DNA of 52,734 nt, taken from a virus. The notes under the pieces were generated by a model. The model had not been told where the DNA came from. It was given only the letters and a program-made list of their open reading frames with translations, and ran no database searches. The translations under genes were made by a program, and so were the position numbers. Location of the stretch: the UHGV virus genome UHGV-0124967. One strand, 5' to 3'. Below, one piece after another: positions 9,678 to 18,548 of this stretch. Each line of letters starts with the position of its first letter. Within the stretch, counting starts at the first letter, position 1.

Positions 9678-9874
9678 ACGCCATCAAGCAAAAACAAAAC
9701 TTCCTTCCCTTCTCTGGATCTGCACCCCACATACCCATCACCAACGTCGTGAAGATACCATATATCGCCATTATCAGCTTTTACAGCAAGGTCGTTGATC
9801 TCATAGTCATCAAACAATGTGAAAGCGTCAGTTTTGTCCACTACACAAGTCCCGTACATATTAACCACCATCAT
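9674..9874 (-). CDS. hypothetical protein, 66 aa, translationally coupled to M
   Basis: ATG at 9874..9872 overlaps the M stop (ATGA). Confidence 0.4.
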   Translation of the reverse strand: MMVVNMYGTCVVDKTDAFTLFDDYEINDLAVKADNGDIWYLHDVGDGYVGCRSREGKEVLFLLDGV

Positions 9875-10224
9875 CTAACAACTTGCTCAAACGTTGCGTT
9901 AAGCGTGTATACATGACCGTCTTTCGTCATACTCCAGCTACGGCAAACAAAAAGCCTTTGCACGCCATCCATCGACGGCGACCAGTAAAAAGCCTCGACA
10001 GCGCCGCGCGCCATCAAGAATGCTTCAGCCTGGATCGCCACGTTTCCACCATCACCGCATCCTGCGCTACTGCCTTTAAAGACCAGGGTGTAGCTGTCAA
10101 GCAATGTGTTGATCCCTTTCGCCTGGCGCTGTTCATAACCATCACCAAGTTTGACAACGGACACATTCGGTTCCCTGGTTACGCTGTAGCTTCGTTGCGG
10201 CGTCCATTTGAACACTTCCGGCAT
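9871..10224 (-). CDS. M: minor tail protein M
   Basis: 117 aa between tape measure and L; G-rich RBS. Confidence 0.75.
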   Translation of the reverse strand: MPEVFKWTPQRSYSVTREPNVSVVKLGDGYEQRQAKGINTLLDSYTLVFKGSSAGCGDGGNVAIQAEAFLMARGAVEAFYWSPSMDGVQRLFVCRSWSMTKDGHVYTLNATFEQVVR

Positions 10225-10285
10225 AAAACCCCCCCATAAGTTACATTTTGTATATATCTTTACGCGCTTCTACGCGAAAAATAAG

Positions 10286-10302
10286 ATCATTGTCACAATG
10301 AT
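10286..10302. promoter_or_regulatory. perfect palindrome ATCATTG-TCA-CAATGAT (possible operator)
   Basis: 7-3-7 inverted repeat between divergent M and plus-strand moron genes. Confidence 0.3.
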
Positions 10303-10324
10303 TATAGCTAGTTTACAAAATGGC

Positions 10325-10353
10325 TTCACATAGTACGCAACAAGATGTATATA
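10325..10353 (+). promoter_or_regulatory. putative promoter for plus-strand moron pair
   Basis: TTCACA (10325-10330), 17 bp, TG-n-TATATA (10346-10353); about 40 bp upstream of ATG 10394. Confidence 0.4.
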
Positions 10354-10393
10354 GAAAGCAAGAAGAAAGTAGTACCAACGAAGGAGGCCCAAA

Positions 10394-10549
10394 ATGAAAC
10401 GCTATGTAGTAGTAATGCTAAATAACGCATTCGAACAAGTGGAAATAGCAATCGTTAAGGGTTTCGACGACGCATTCAAATACGGTCAATTCATGATGAA
10501 TGCGAAAGAAGATGAATACCGGGACTTCTTCCTGAAGGCACTTAACTAA
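10394..10549 (+). CDS. hypothetical small protein, 51 aa (moron)
   Basis: ATG 10394 with AAGGAGG 6 nt upstream; below ORF-track cutoff. Confidence 0.45.
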   Translation: MKRYVVVMLNNAFEQVEIAIVKGFDDAFKYGQFMMNAKEDEYRDFFLKALN

Positions 10550-10566
10550 GGATGATGGGGTGAGTT

Positions 10567-10821
10567 ATGAAACTGGTAGCGATTGACAGAAATCTGAAAG
10601 CACAGAAAAACGCACATGACCGGATCATCAAGAAAGGTAAGGAATTACTTAAAGCCTTTCTGAGAAAAGAAGTTTACCCCAAAAAGTTACGCGACGGTTA
10701 CGGATACAAAATGGATATCAATCTTGATTGGAGGCTGTTTAGCGAAGATTTGAAGGTTTGGTTAATTGTTGAGCACCATGCCTATAACAAGTTATGTGGC
10801 GTGAAAGGCACTCATAAGTGA
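10567..10821 (+). CDS. hypothetical basic protein, 84 aa (moron)
   Basis: Track ORF; same strand directly downstream of 10394 gene. Confidence 0.5.
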   Translation: MKLVAIDRNLKAQKNAHDRIIKKGKELLKAFLRKEVYPKKLRDGYGYKMDINLDWRLFSEDLKVWLIVEHHAYNKLCGVKGTHK

Positions 10822-10874
10822 GTCGAGATATTCGAAAGGGGATATATCGCGCGGAATGGTCGTTTATAAATACG

Positions 10875-10913
10875 AAAAATAACCCCGGCATTGCACCGGG
10901 GTTTAGTTTATTT
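10875..10913. terminator. bidirectional rho-independent terminator
   Basis: CCCCGG-CATTGCA-CCGGGG hairpin (10883-10901) with A-run before and T-rich after; overlaps tape-measure stop. Confidence 0.65.
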
Positions 10914-13250
10914 GCGGCGAGGTTGCAACATTCCGCCTGGTCTTTGAGATTCCCTTGTTATCATTTTCATGGCTACACGTTCCATTGTTAATTCAAGTCT
11001 GCGGCTGTCTTCGTCGCTGAATCCGTTCGTGGTCTGAATGCTGATACTGACAGGCATACTAATACCGCCACCGCCGCCAATATCACGGCCCGGAATAACT
11101 CTGCCGTTCTCGCCAGGAATCATATATTGATTCCCGTTAGATGTCTGGAATAGCTCCGGCCTGTTGTGTTCCCCTACACGGTACATATTGCCACCAATGA
11201 CGCTACCACCATTAAAGCGACCGCCGCCAAAAATTGACGTAGCCAGCGACATGATCGCAGTGAGTGCCGCAGAACCAGCCGCCGCCCATGCGCCGCCAGT
11301 TGACGCCGCTGTTGCCGCCGCCGCCGGGGCCGCCGCCGCAGCAATCTGGCCTTGCGCCGCTACCGCGCCCGCCGTGGTACTTGCCTGAGTCGCTTTGCTT
11401 TGCGTTTCCATCATGATCTGATCTGCTATCCAGTTTGCAGCTATGTCTGAAAGCCTGTTACCGATATTCCCGAGGATATTGCTGCCTAAGTTAGCAAAAA
11501 CATCACTCAATGATTGAGTACCATTTAACAGGCCAACAAGTGCATTGCTCATACCACCTTTAAGGCCATTAACGCAATCACCGATAAGGCTGTTTGTGTC
11601 GCTTTGCGCCTGCCATTGCTCCCACTTCAGATCGCGGATCTGTTGCTCATAGGCTAACAGTTCCTGTTTCTGTTGCGCTTCCGTCACGCCCAGGTCGATA
11701 AGCATTTGCTTACGGACGGCCCATTCATTTTGAACCTGCTGAATAGGGTCTACTTCGCCCTTTAGCTGATCCATCGGGCTTACTATTTGCTCCCATTTGT
11801 CGCGCAATTCCTCTACCGGAATTTGTGCTAATTCTTCCTTTAGTTCCTTACCTATCCCTTTTTGCGCGGCGCGGTACTCAAGGAGAGTGATTTTACCCTG
11901 GGCGAATGCAGCATCAATGGCCTTGCCGCTCTCTAACGCTTTGCGCATAGCGGCGGCGTCTTTGTTGTACTGGTCAGAAACGCTTATACCTTTATCGCCA
12001 AGACGATCAGCTTCAGATTTCTTCTCTTTTTTCTGTTTTTTCGGTTTGTCTACTGGCTTGCCGGATCCGGTAATCGCTCCGTCATTGGCGGCATTCTGTT
12101 CATTTTTCCTTGCTTCTTCTGTAGCCTGGATTGCTGCGGTCAGATCATCCTGTAGTTGCATGACCTTGCCAACGGTCTTACCGTATTTCTTCTCGTAGTT
12201 GCTGTTATATTCGTCGGTTTGCTCTCCTACGACCTCCTTCATCCATTTGTAGGCATCCATTAGTGCCTTGATTGGCGTCACCATTGCGATGATCTTCTCG
12301 GCTACCTCGCCAGCCTTGATTCTGACATCTTCAAACATGTCGATGAATTCGCCACCAGCCGTCTTCAGGGTGTTAAAGCAGGTTTTAGCGAAATCAGCGC
12401 CTTCACTTAAAGCCTTAACACCTTTCGTTACAAGATCGATACCAGCAACAACCGTATCGGATACACCGAAAAGATCATCCAATTGCTCAACAAGTCCCAT
12501 AACCTCGACTTTAAGCTCATTCAGGGCCATGCCGGATGTGCGCGGCAACTGCGCAAACTTCTCGTTTGTTTCCTGCGTAGCCGCCTGGATTGCGTTAACC
12601 ATCCTTTCTGCCGTGATCTTACCGTCCAGCATTTCGGCGCGGAATTGGCCCATTGATAACCCCATCTGGCGTGCCATTGTCTGTACGATGGTCGGGGTGT
12701 TTTCTAACAGGCTGTTGAATTCTTCAGCACGCAACACGCCACCGTCGATAGACTGACGGAATTGACGCATTGAGTTTGACATCTGCTCCGCTGACGCGCC
12801 GCCCAACGCCCCCATTTTCTGAATCGTACCTACCAGGTTAAGCAATTGCCCTTCAGTGGCGGACGTGTTCTTCAGTGAGATAGCTAAGCCTTGCCACAGA
12901 TCCCCGGTATCCTTCATGCTTTGGCCTGTTTCTTTTGATATTGCTTTCAGGCCATCAAAAACCCGTCCGGCGGACTCCGCATCGCCCGTAAGCATTTTGA
13001 TTTTTACGCGAAGCATTTTTGCTTGCTCCGCCATATCCATAAATTGACGCACGGCCTCCGCAGCAATTAGCAAATGGATAACCCTGGTCAGTGCCTTGAT
13101 GGATGTTTTCAGGGTGTTTACCTGGCGGTCAGCCTGTTTTGCGCCGCGCTCTATACGCCCAAAGGCCTGGTCTGCCTGTCGTTGTGCAACGAGAAGTTGA
13201 CCAGTTTTCGCATCAACTTCGTAATAAATTGTACCTACACTGGTAGCCAT
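10908..13250 (-). CDS. H: tail tape measure protein
   Basis: 780 aa; alpha-helical Ala/Gln-rich body, Gly-rich C-terminus; between chaperone and M. Confidence 0.85.
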   Translation of the reverse strand: MATSVGTIYYEVDAKTGQLLVAQRQADQAFGRIERGAKQADRQVNTLKTSIKALTRVIHLLIAAEAVRQFMDMAEQAKMLRVKIKMLTGDAESAGRVFDGLKAISKETGQSMKDTGDLWQGLAISLKNTSATEGQLLNLVGTIQKMGALGGASAEQMSNSMRQFRQSIDGGVLRAEEFNSLLENTPTIVQTMARQMGLSMGQFRAEMLDGKITAERMVNAIQAATQETNEKFAQLPRTSGMALNELKVEVMGLVEQLDDLFGVSDTVVAGIDLVTKGVKALSEGADFAKTCFNTLKTAGGEFIDMFEDVRIKAGEVAEKIIAMVTPIKALMDAYKWMKEVVGEQTDEYNSNYEKKYGKTVGKVMQLQDDLTAAIQATEEARKNEQNAANDGAITGSGKPVDKPKKQKKEKKSEADRLGDKGISVSDQYNKDAAAMRKALESGKAIDAAFAQGKITLLEYRAAQKGIGKELKEELAQIPVEELRDKWEQIVSPMDQLKGEVDPIQQVQNEWAVRKQMLIDLGVTEAQQKQELLAYEQQIRDLKWEQWQAQSDTNSLIGDCVNGLKGGMSNALVGLLNGTQSLSDVFANLGSNILGNIGNRLSDIAANWIADQIMMETQSKATQASTTAGAVAAQGQIAAAAAPAAAATAASTGGAWAAAGSAALTAIMSLATSIFGGGRFNGGSVIGGNMYRVGEHNRPELFQTSNGNQYMIPGENGRVIPGRDIGGGGGISMPVSISIQTTNGFSDEDSRRLELTMERVAMKMITRESQRPGGMLQPRRK

Positions 13251-13303
13251 GATTTAACCTCATGCAAAAATGTGATCTGTGTATCTATTTTATACAAAAT
13301 GGC

Positions 13304-13332
13304 TTTACTTCAACGACTACATTTTGTATAAA
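13304..13332 (+). promoter_or_regulatory. putative promoter for lipoprotein moron
   Basis: TTTACT (13304-13309), 17 bp, TG-n-TATAAA (13324-13332); partner inverted copy at 13291-13302 faces tape measure. Confidence 0.45.
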
Positions 13333-13377
13333 GAAGCCAAAGGGAATGGTCAGTAAATCAAGTTAGCGAGGTGGGTT

Positions 13378-14037
13378 ATGAAACGGTTAGCAAAAGTGGC
13401 AATGATTGCGGCGGTATTGGGTCTGGTTGGTTGCAATGAGGATAATGAAAAAGCGCCTATAGTGACCACTCAAGAACAACAAGCATTAGCAGAGAAAAAT
13501 GCTAAATGGCTTGCAGAACAACAAGCAAAACAAGCCGCATATGAGGCACAGTTAGCAAAAGAAAAAGCTGGTAAACAGTGGCTTGTGGTCGAAAGAAAAG
13601 ATGATATGCAGGACACAAAAAACGTGTTCCTTTTCGTGAAAGCAGAACATTTCAGCGGAAGTCTTGATGCTTTCCCTACACTGAAAGCACGGGATGAAAA
13701 CAAACCTGTATTAACAATCGCTTGCCAGGGTAATAAAACAAAAATGTTCGTAGCATGGTCAAACCATGTAACTGACGCTGGGGACACTACTTATATTAAC
13801 TACCGGATCGGCGATCACAAAGCTGTAGCTACTGAATGGAGTCGGTCAACTAACTATAAAGCTCTTGGATTATGGAACGGCAAAAAAGCCATTCCAATGA
13901 TTAAAAAACTGGTTAACGAAAAACAATTTATCATTGAAGTAGTGCCGGAAGCTGGCGACATTGAGAAAGCAGTGTTTAACATTGATGGTCTTTATAACCA
14001 CATCGACAAAGTGAAAAACGCTTGCAACTGGAATTAA
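13378..14037 (+). CDS. lipoprotein, 219 aa (tail-region moron), function unknown
   Basis: ATG 13378 with GAGGTGG RBS; signal peptide with lipobox LVGC; coiled-coil-like segment; AT-rich compared with neighbours. Confidence 0.7.
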   Translation: MKRLAKVAMIAAVLGLVGCNEDNEKAPIVTTQEQQALAEKNAKWLAEQQAKQAAYEAQLAKEKAGKQWLVVERKDDMQDTKNVFLFVKAEHFSGSLDAFPTLKARDENKPVLTIACQGNKTKMFVAWSNHVTDAGDTTYINYRIGDHKAVATEWSRSTNYKALGLWNGKKAIPMIKKLVNEKQFIIEVVPEAGDIEKAVFNIDGLYNHIDKVKNACNWN

Positions 14038-14046
14038 GGGTGAAAC

Positions 14047-14367
14047 ATGAAACGCGATGAATGGATGAGAAAATGGGAACATAAACAAGTAGCATATAAT
14101 CGCAAGATGAACCGCGAATTTGACTTCGGTGTCGCAGAGCGTGATTGTGGGTATAAAGGAAATCTAAATGGTGCATATGTTCAACATGTTGGCGATAAAC
14201 AGTATTATTACATTGTCAACTTCAACCATGTATTGCACGCAGATCTGGTTGTTATTGATGGGAAAACAAAAATAGTAGCGAATAAACGCATTAATAAGAA
14301 CGCAGCAATCAATATATTAACAGTGATTCGCACCCAGATGAATGTGCTTTACGAAAAAATAGCATAA
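14047..14367 (+). CDS. hypothetical protein, 106 aa, co-transcribed with lipoprotein
   Basis: ATG 14047, 7 nt after lipoprotein stop, AAGGGTGA RBS. Confidence 0.55.
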   Translation: MKRDEWMRKWEHKQVAYNRKMNREFDFGVAERDCGYKGNLNGAYVQHVGDKQYYYIVNFNHVLHADLVVIDGKTKIVANKRINKNAAINILTVIRTQMNVLYEKIA

Positions 14368-14380
14368 GCGAACTTAACAA

Positions 14381-14409
14381 AAACGCCCGGATCTACCGGG
14401 CTTTTTCTT
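14381..14409. terminator. bidirectional rho-independent terminator
   Basis: GCCCGG-ATCTA-CCGGGC followed by T5CTT; the minus-strand chaperone stop sits in the loop. Confidence 0.65.
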
Positions 14410-15070
14410 GCTCGCGATTTTTCATTCTTTTTAGTATCTCCATAGCACCATTCATTCCATCGTCATAAGCCTTTTTATCCAGCAATACATTTGGGCGTTT
14501 TTGTTTGTTTCTTGCTTCTGGCGGCGTTTTAGCGCGTACAGCGGCCCTATATCCGGTCATTGTCATATTCCATGCTTCTGATTCTGATAACCCCAGGTGA
14601 GCTACGGCAGAATAAACGAATTCCAGCACGTTAAAAGTCGGCTTATATTCCCCTTCCCGGATCTCTCCGGCGTCTTCTTCTGGCCCGTCACCGATTAAAC
14701 CGTGGTACATGCAATGTTGTGCCAGCGTGATAACGTCACTGGTCGGCATCAGTCCGGGTTTTAGTCGTAACTTGGCGGAAGAAGTTAACCTACATTCACC
14801 CAATAACGGGGCTATTTCGTCGTCTGAGCAACATTTCAGGATGCGCATTGACGTTTGTACTATCTCACCATAACACCGCGCCATAATGCGATTGCGGAGG
14901 TCTGGATCTGCAGGCAATCGTGATGGGTATTTGCTGCCGTGGATAAGTGCGAAATATTCGACAAGCTCACTATCGTTGCCGATTTTAGCCATCGCAGCAA
15001 AGCAAGGATTAAACTCATAGCGCTTACCGTTCACCACGGCAGCAAATTGTCCTGTACGAACATGGATCAT
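14393..15070 (-). CDS. putative tail assembly chaperone (lambda G/GT position)
   Basis: 225 aa from first ATG (15070, AAGGTGA RBS); track ORF starts at a GTG at 15079. Called by position between major tail and tape measure only. Confidence 0.45.
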   Translation of the reverse strand: MIHVRTGQFAAVVNGKRYEFNPCFAAMAKIGNDSELVEYFALIHGSKYPSRLPADPDLRNRIMARCYGEIVQTSMRILKCCSDDEIAPLLGECRLTSSAKLRLKPGLMPTSDVITLAQHCMYHGLIGDGPEEDAGEIREGEYKPTFNVLEFVYSAVAHLGLSESEAWNMTMTGYRAAVRAKTPPEARNKQKRPNVLLDKKAYDDGMNGAMEILKRMKNREQEKAR

Positions 15071-15082
15071 AGTATTCACCTT

Positions 15083-15107
15083 AAAAGAAAAGGGGCCAAA
15101 TGGCCCC
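15083..15107 (-). terminator. hairpin terminator/attenuator after major tail gene
   Basis: GGGGCC-AAAT-GGCCCC followed on minus strand by T-run. Confidence 0.6.
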
Positions 15108-15125
15108 GATTGTTAATATTGGCTG

Positions 15126-15602
15126 TTATGCTGGCGGAACGTCGCCTACCGTTACCTTGCCAGCGCTTTCGCACTCAATAGACCAGGTGGAAACATCATC
15201 ATGCGGATCTTCTTCTTTAAAGGAAGCGCAAAGGAATGGGCCTTCAGTTACGTCTACAGGAGAAACGATCTTCAGCCATACATAAGGTTGTGATCCGGTG
15301 GTTTCATCTGGCGTAATTACGTGGCGTTTCAGCGCTTTCTGATTATGGATTTCTTCAGTGCGGGACACACCGTCGCCGGAGAAAGAAACGGATTTGTAAG
15401 TAACCATTGATTCTTTCGTGTAATCGGCTGATTTATCGGCGGTGGCGTCAGCGGTTTCCCATTCAACGGAAAGTGTTTTACCACGCATCATGCCTAACGC
15501 TTTGTACGCTCCATCTTCCGGCTTCGCATTTGGACAAGCGATAGCGAAGAATACAGCAACGTCACGGCCTGTAAACGTGCCTTTTTCGCAAGTCTGAGAC
15601 AT
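15126..15602 (-). CDS. major tail protein
   Basis: 158 aa, AGAGGT RBS, followed by attenuator hairpin; position after neck genes. Confidence 0.65.
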   Translation of the reverse strand: MSQTCEKGTFTGRDVAVFFAIACPNAKPEDGAYKALGMMRGKTLSVEWETADATADKSADYTKESMVTYKSVSFSGDGVSRTEEIHNQKALKRHVITPDETTGSQPYVWLKIVSPVDVTEGPFLCASFKEEDPHDDVSTWSIECESAGKVTVGDVPPA

Positions 15603-15615
15603 GTTAATTTACCTC

Positions 15616-16002
15616 TTATCTTGATATGATGGTTTGAAAGGCTACGGTGAAAATAAAGCGCCCTTCTCTTGTCTGTATTGCAGGAATAGCGCCAACTGGC
15701 TTCATGTGTGTAATTTTATCAGTTTTATATTCTGTTAACATACTTTGACGGATGGTATCGGCAAGGTCTTCCACCTCACTGATATTTGCATCATTACGCG
15801 CTGAAATAACCAGGATGCGGAAATAATCACGGGTTATTGCTTCCTCACCAGCCGCGCCGCCGTTTTGCTGGATCACGATGTATCTGTCATTATTCGAATT
15901 ACTTCGCTCATTCCAGAAACGGGCCTGCAAAATATAGCCTTCATCGTATCCGTGGGATTGAATCCAATCCCTTATTTCGTCGTAAACTTCGCTGCGTTTC
16001 AT
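15616..16002 (-). CDS. putative tail terminator / tail completion protein
   Basis: 128 aa immediately upstream of major tail gene. Confidence 0.5.
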   Translation of the reverse strand: MKRSEVYDEIRDWIQSHGYDEGYILQARFWNERSNSNNDRYIVIQQNGGAAGEEAITRDYFRILVISARNDANISEVEDLADTIRQSMLTEYKTDKITHMKPVGAIPAIQTREGRFIFTVAFQTIISR

Positions 16003-16463
16003 ACTTTGTAACCTTCTACAATTTCTTTATAAATATCATCGGCGTGGTTAGGATCTTCGAATGCCTTACGCAAGAATCCAGGCTCCGCATTTGGATCCCA
16101 ATAATTACCCTTTCCAGTACCACCACCAAAACTAATTACCTGTTTCGGTCCGAAATCTGAAAGGTTATTCGTTTTGCCGAAATCTTCGCGCGGCTGGCCT
16201 TTTAATGTACCCGGCATATTGTGCACCCATTCAGCGTAGCGGGCCGTATATCCCAGGCGTAATTGCATACCGTCCGCCGTGTTCCCTATGTACTGGAACT
16301 GACTGTTAATTAAGAAGCCCGTATCGACTGGCGTCATATTAGCCGCGAAGCCACCAGCCAGCATACCGACGCGCCATAAAACTTCGTGCGTCTTTTTATC
16401 GGTGATTTCCTTTAGTTCCTGCTTTAATCTCTCACGGACGCGTTTAACCCCCTTGATAGGCAT
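15999..16463 (-). CDS. neck protein, HK97 gp10-like
   Basis: 154 aa; ATGA overlap with downstream gene; position in neck module. Confidence 0.55.
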   Translation of the reverse strand: MPIKGVKRVRERLKQELKEITDKKTHEVLWRVGMLAGGFAANMTPVDTGFLINSQFQYIGNTADGMQLRLGYTARYAEWVHNMPGTLKGQPREDFGKTNNLSDFGPKQVISFGGGTGKGNYWDPNAEPGFLRKAFEDPNHADDIYKEIVEGYKV

Positions 16464-16465
16464 GA

Positions 16466-16834
16466 TTAACCCCCTGTCACGATCTTATAATCCGGCGTGT
16501 CGTTAAACATGCTCATATCCCATTCAACGATCCCGGTAATAACGTTGGCCCCAGCCACCAGCGGGTCGGAAATATTAGTGGTGTCGCCAGTGGCAATCAT
16601 CCAGCCGTTTTTCGGGCGCTGCACTGGCTGCATATTATGAAGCAGTTCGGTAAATACGGTTATTGTATTGCTAACCTCATTACCGTTTGTGTCTGTTGCA
16701 GTGCCGTCGGTGCGCTCCCATGCGCAGTTAATCAGGTATGGTGCGCCGTATACGTCGGCGTTTGTCCAGTCGTCATGCGTTACGGGGTAGATGGTGGCTA
16801 ATGCCTTGTAACTGAATCGCGCAATCTTACTCAT
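16466..16834 (-). CDS. putative head closure / head-tail joining protein
   Basis: 122 aa in neck module. Confidence 0.5.
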   Translation of the reverse strand: MSKIARFSYKALATIYPVTHDDWTNADVYGAPYLINCAWERTDGTATDTNGNEVSNTITVFTELLHNMQPVQRPKNGWMIATGDTTNISDPLVAGANVITGIVEWDMSMFNDTPDYKIVTGG

Positions 16835-17012
16835 AGCCGTAACTCCAGCTAATGACCTTTGGATGAGTTTTCGCCACGCGCGGGCAAAGAATTACCCATA
16901 AGCCAGCATCATTGAGGTAGGCCGCCACCTGGCGTCCGCTATCCGTTTTAACCCACACGCGGGTAAATGGTTTCGGCAATACTGGATTTGGTAATGTCAG
17001 GTCGTTCCACAT
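16827..17012 (-). CDS. small hypothetical protein, 61 aa
   Basis: First ATG at 17012 with AGGAGG 8 nt upstream; track ORF starts at GTG 17018. Confidence 0.4.
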   Translation of the reverse strand: MWNDLTLPNPVLPKPFTRVWVKTDSGRQVAAYLNDAGLWVILCPRVAKTHPKVISWSYGYE

Positions 17013-17014
17013 TG

Positions 17015-17401
17015 TCACATCCTCCTGCTCTTACCAATCCACAGCCCGGCGTGCGCGGTGTTTTCTGGATCTGGTGGAATTAGTTCGGCTGTACAATGGT
17101 GTTTGTCCAGTGAGTAAAGCAACGAATAGGCCGCCTTCCATCGCTTATTAAAATCGACATAGCGGTAAGACTGGCTTGCACCGTTCGGACCAGTCTGCGA
17201 GGAAACGTATTTATCAGCCTGGCTGAGTCCTAACAGGCCAATGAGATAAAGCTGAATCAATGTTGCAGTGGAGGACGGATAATTGGCATCAAGGCATTCA
17301 TTAACGCTATTTGCCTGCTCCACCAGCAAAGATAAAACCACGTCTGGTATTTCAATCCCCTGGCTTTCGAGATATTCCCGCGCCTGTTGTGTGGTAACCA
17401 T
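17015..17401 (-). CDS. putative head-tail adaptor (gp6-like)
   Basis: ATG 17401 with GGAGAAAAC RBS (track ORF extends to 17437); first gene after capsid terminator. Confidence 0.5.
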   Translation of the reverse strand: MVTTQQAREYLESQGIEIPDVVLSLLVEQANSVNECLDANYPSSTATLIQLYLIGLLGLSQADKYVSSQTGPNGASQSYRYVDFNKRWKAAYSLLYSLDKHHCTAELIPPDPENTAHAGLWIGKSRRM

Positions 17402-17419
17402 TTTGTTTTCTCCACATAC

Positions 17420-17447
17420 AAAAAAAATCCCCGGCATTGCGCCGGGG
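17420..17447 (-). terminator. hairpin terminator/attenuator after major capsid gene
   Basis: CCCCGGC-ATTGC-GCCGGGG followed on minus strand by T8; near-identical stem to 10883-10901. Confidence 0.65.
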
Positions 17448-17466
17448 AGCTACAGAAACATATCAA

Positions 17467-18531
17467 TCAGATATTGCTGCCGTAGACCACTCCTGAACGA
17501 CCTTTCATGTCACGGGTGATTTGCAGACCCTCAGCGGACATGATGCGGAAGTTGTAGTTATCAGTCGGCATCATGCGCGGTAACGGTACAACACCAGTAG
17601 TCATACCAATCAGCGGGGTAATTACGCTACGGCTGCGCTGATAAGCAATGAACTCGTTGCCGGACAATGCATAGCTCTGGCGAATCTCACCAACCGGAGC
17701 GAACGGCATAATGACGCTCAGCACGCTACCAACTACAGCACCATTGACGATGTGCGGACGGGCCAGGTTAGCCATGATCTCAGGCGATACCCACATGACG
17801 TCGTATTTAGCTACGAAGTTGGCGCGAGCCAGCTTGCCGAACTCACCAACGGTGAAGAAGTCAATGATCTTGTCGAAACCCACAGTAGGCAGGTCGACTT
17901 TTGCGACGGTTTTTAGTTTAAGCTGCTGGGTGCTTTTGTGGTTTTTAATACCCATAGCTTTATGACCATCAACCACGATGCGATCGTTACCATTCAGGTA
18001 GAACTGGACGCGTGCTTTGTTGAATTTTTTCAGTTTCAGGCGCTGACTATCCAGGGCAAGGTCGATGCCTACAGTACTCAAGCCCTGAGCGAGACGCCAG
18101 TTAACACCGTAACCAGCCGCGAACATCGGGATCGGGTCGCCATCGCTATCGTATTCGGTGTGATCAAAGCCGTGTGGCGCTTGACCATCCATAGACATCA
18201 CAACTTCATCATTGATGTCACCGGATACGTTGTACATTTTCAGCGTTTTACCGACTGGCAGTACGGTTTGCACACCCATCAGGTCGTTTACGATCTCAAT
18301 ACCGATTTCTTCGGTGTTCAGTTCGATAATCTGGTTATCGATTTCTTTCCAGAATTCTTTTGCGAAGCCGCCGACGGCGTTACAGGCCAACATTTCAGCG
18401 GTCATATTTGCCTGATTTGCTGCAATCATGGCGTTGTGCTGCGCGTTGAAGATATTGCGTTGCGCCCACAGTTCTTTCCAATGGCCCTGCATACGGGCGT
18501 TGGTGGCAAGGTTTTCTTTTGTAAAGTACAT
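17467..18531 (-). CDS. major capsid protein
   Basis: 354 aa between decoration and neck genes, followed by attenuator. Confidence 0.7.
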   Translation of the reverse strand: MYFTKENLATNARMQGHWKELWAQRNIFNAQHNAMIAANQANMTAEMLACNAVGGFAKEFWKEIDNQIIELNTEEIGIEIVNDLMGVQTVLPVGKTLKMYNVSGDINDEVVMSMDGQAPHGFDHTEYDSDGDPIPMFAAGYGVNWRLAQGLSTVGIDLALDSQRLKLKKFNKARVQFYLNGNDRIVVDGHKAMGIKNHKSTQQLKLKTVAKVDLPTVGFDKIIDFFTVGEFGKLARANFVAKYDVMWVSPEIMANLARPHIVNGAVVGSVLSVIMPFAPVGEIRQSYALSGNEFIAYQRSRSVITPLIGMTTGVVPLPRMMPTDNYNFRIMSAEGLQITRDMKGRSGVVYGSNI

Positions 18532-18548
18532 GTTTTTCCCCTTTTAAA

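Noticed and set aside
11164-13047. Plus-strand track ORFs inside the tape measure gene
   Set aside because: Antisense to a well-supported 780-aa gene; translations are Ala/Ser/Pro-rich low-complexity strings.
14393-15079. Programmed -1 frameshift (G/GT-type) in the tail chaperone gene
   Set aside because: No overlapping second reading frame of useful length and no obvious slippery heptamer seen by eye; annotated as a single ORF.
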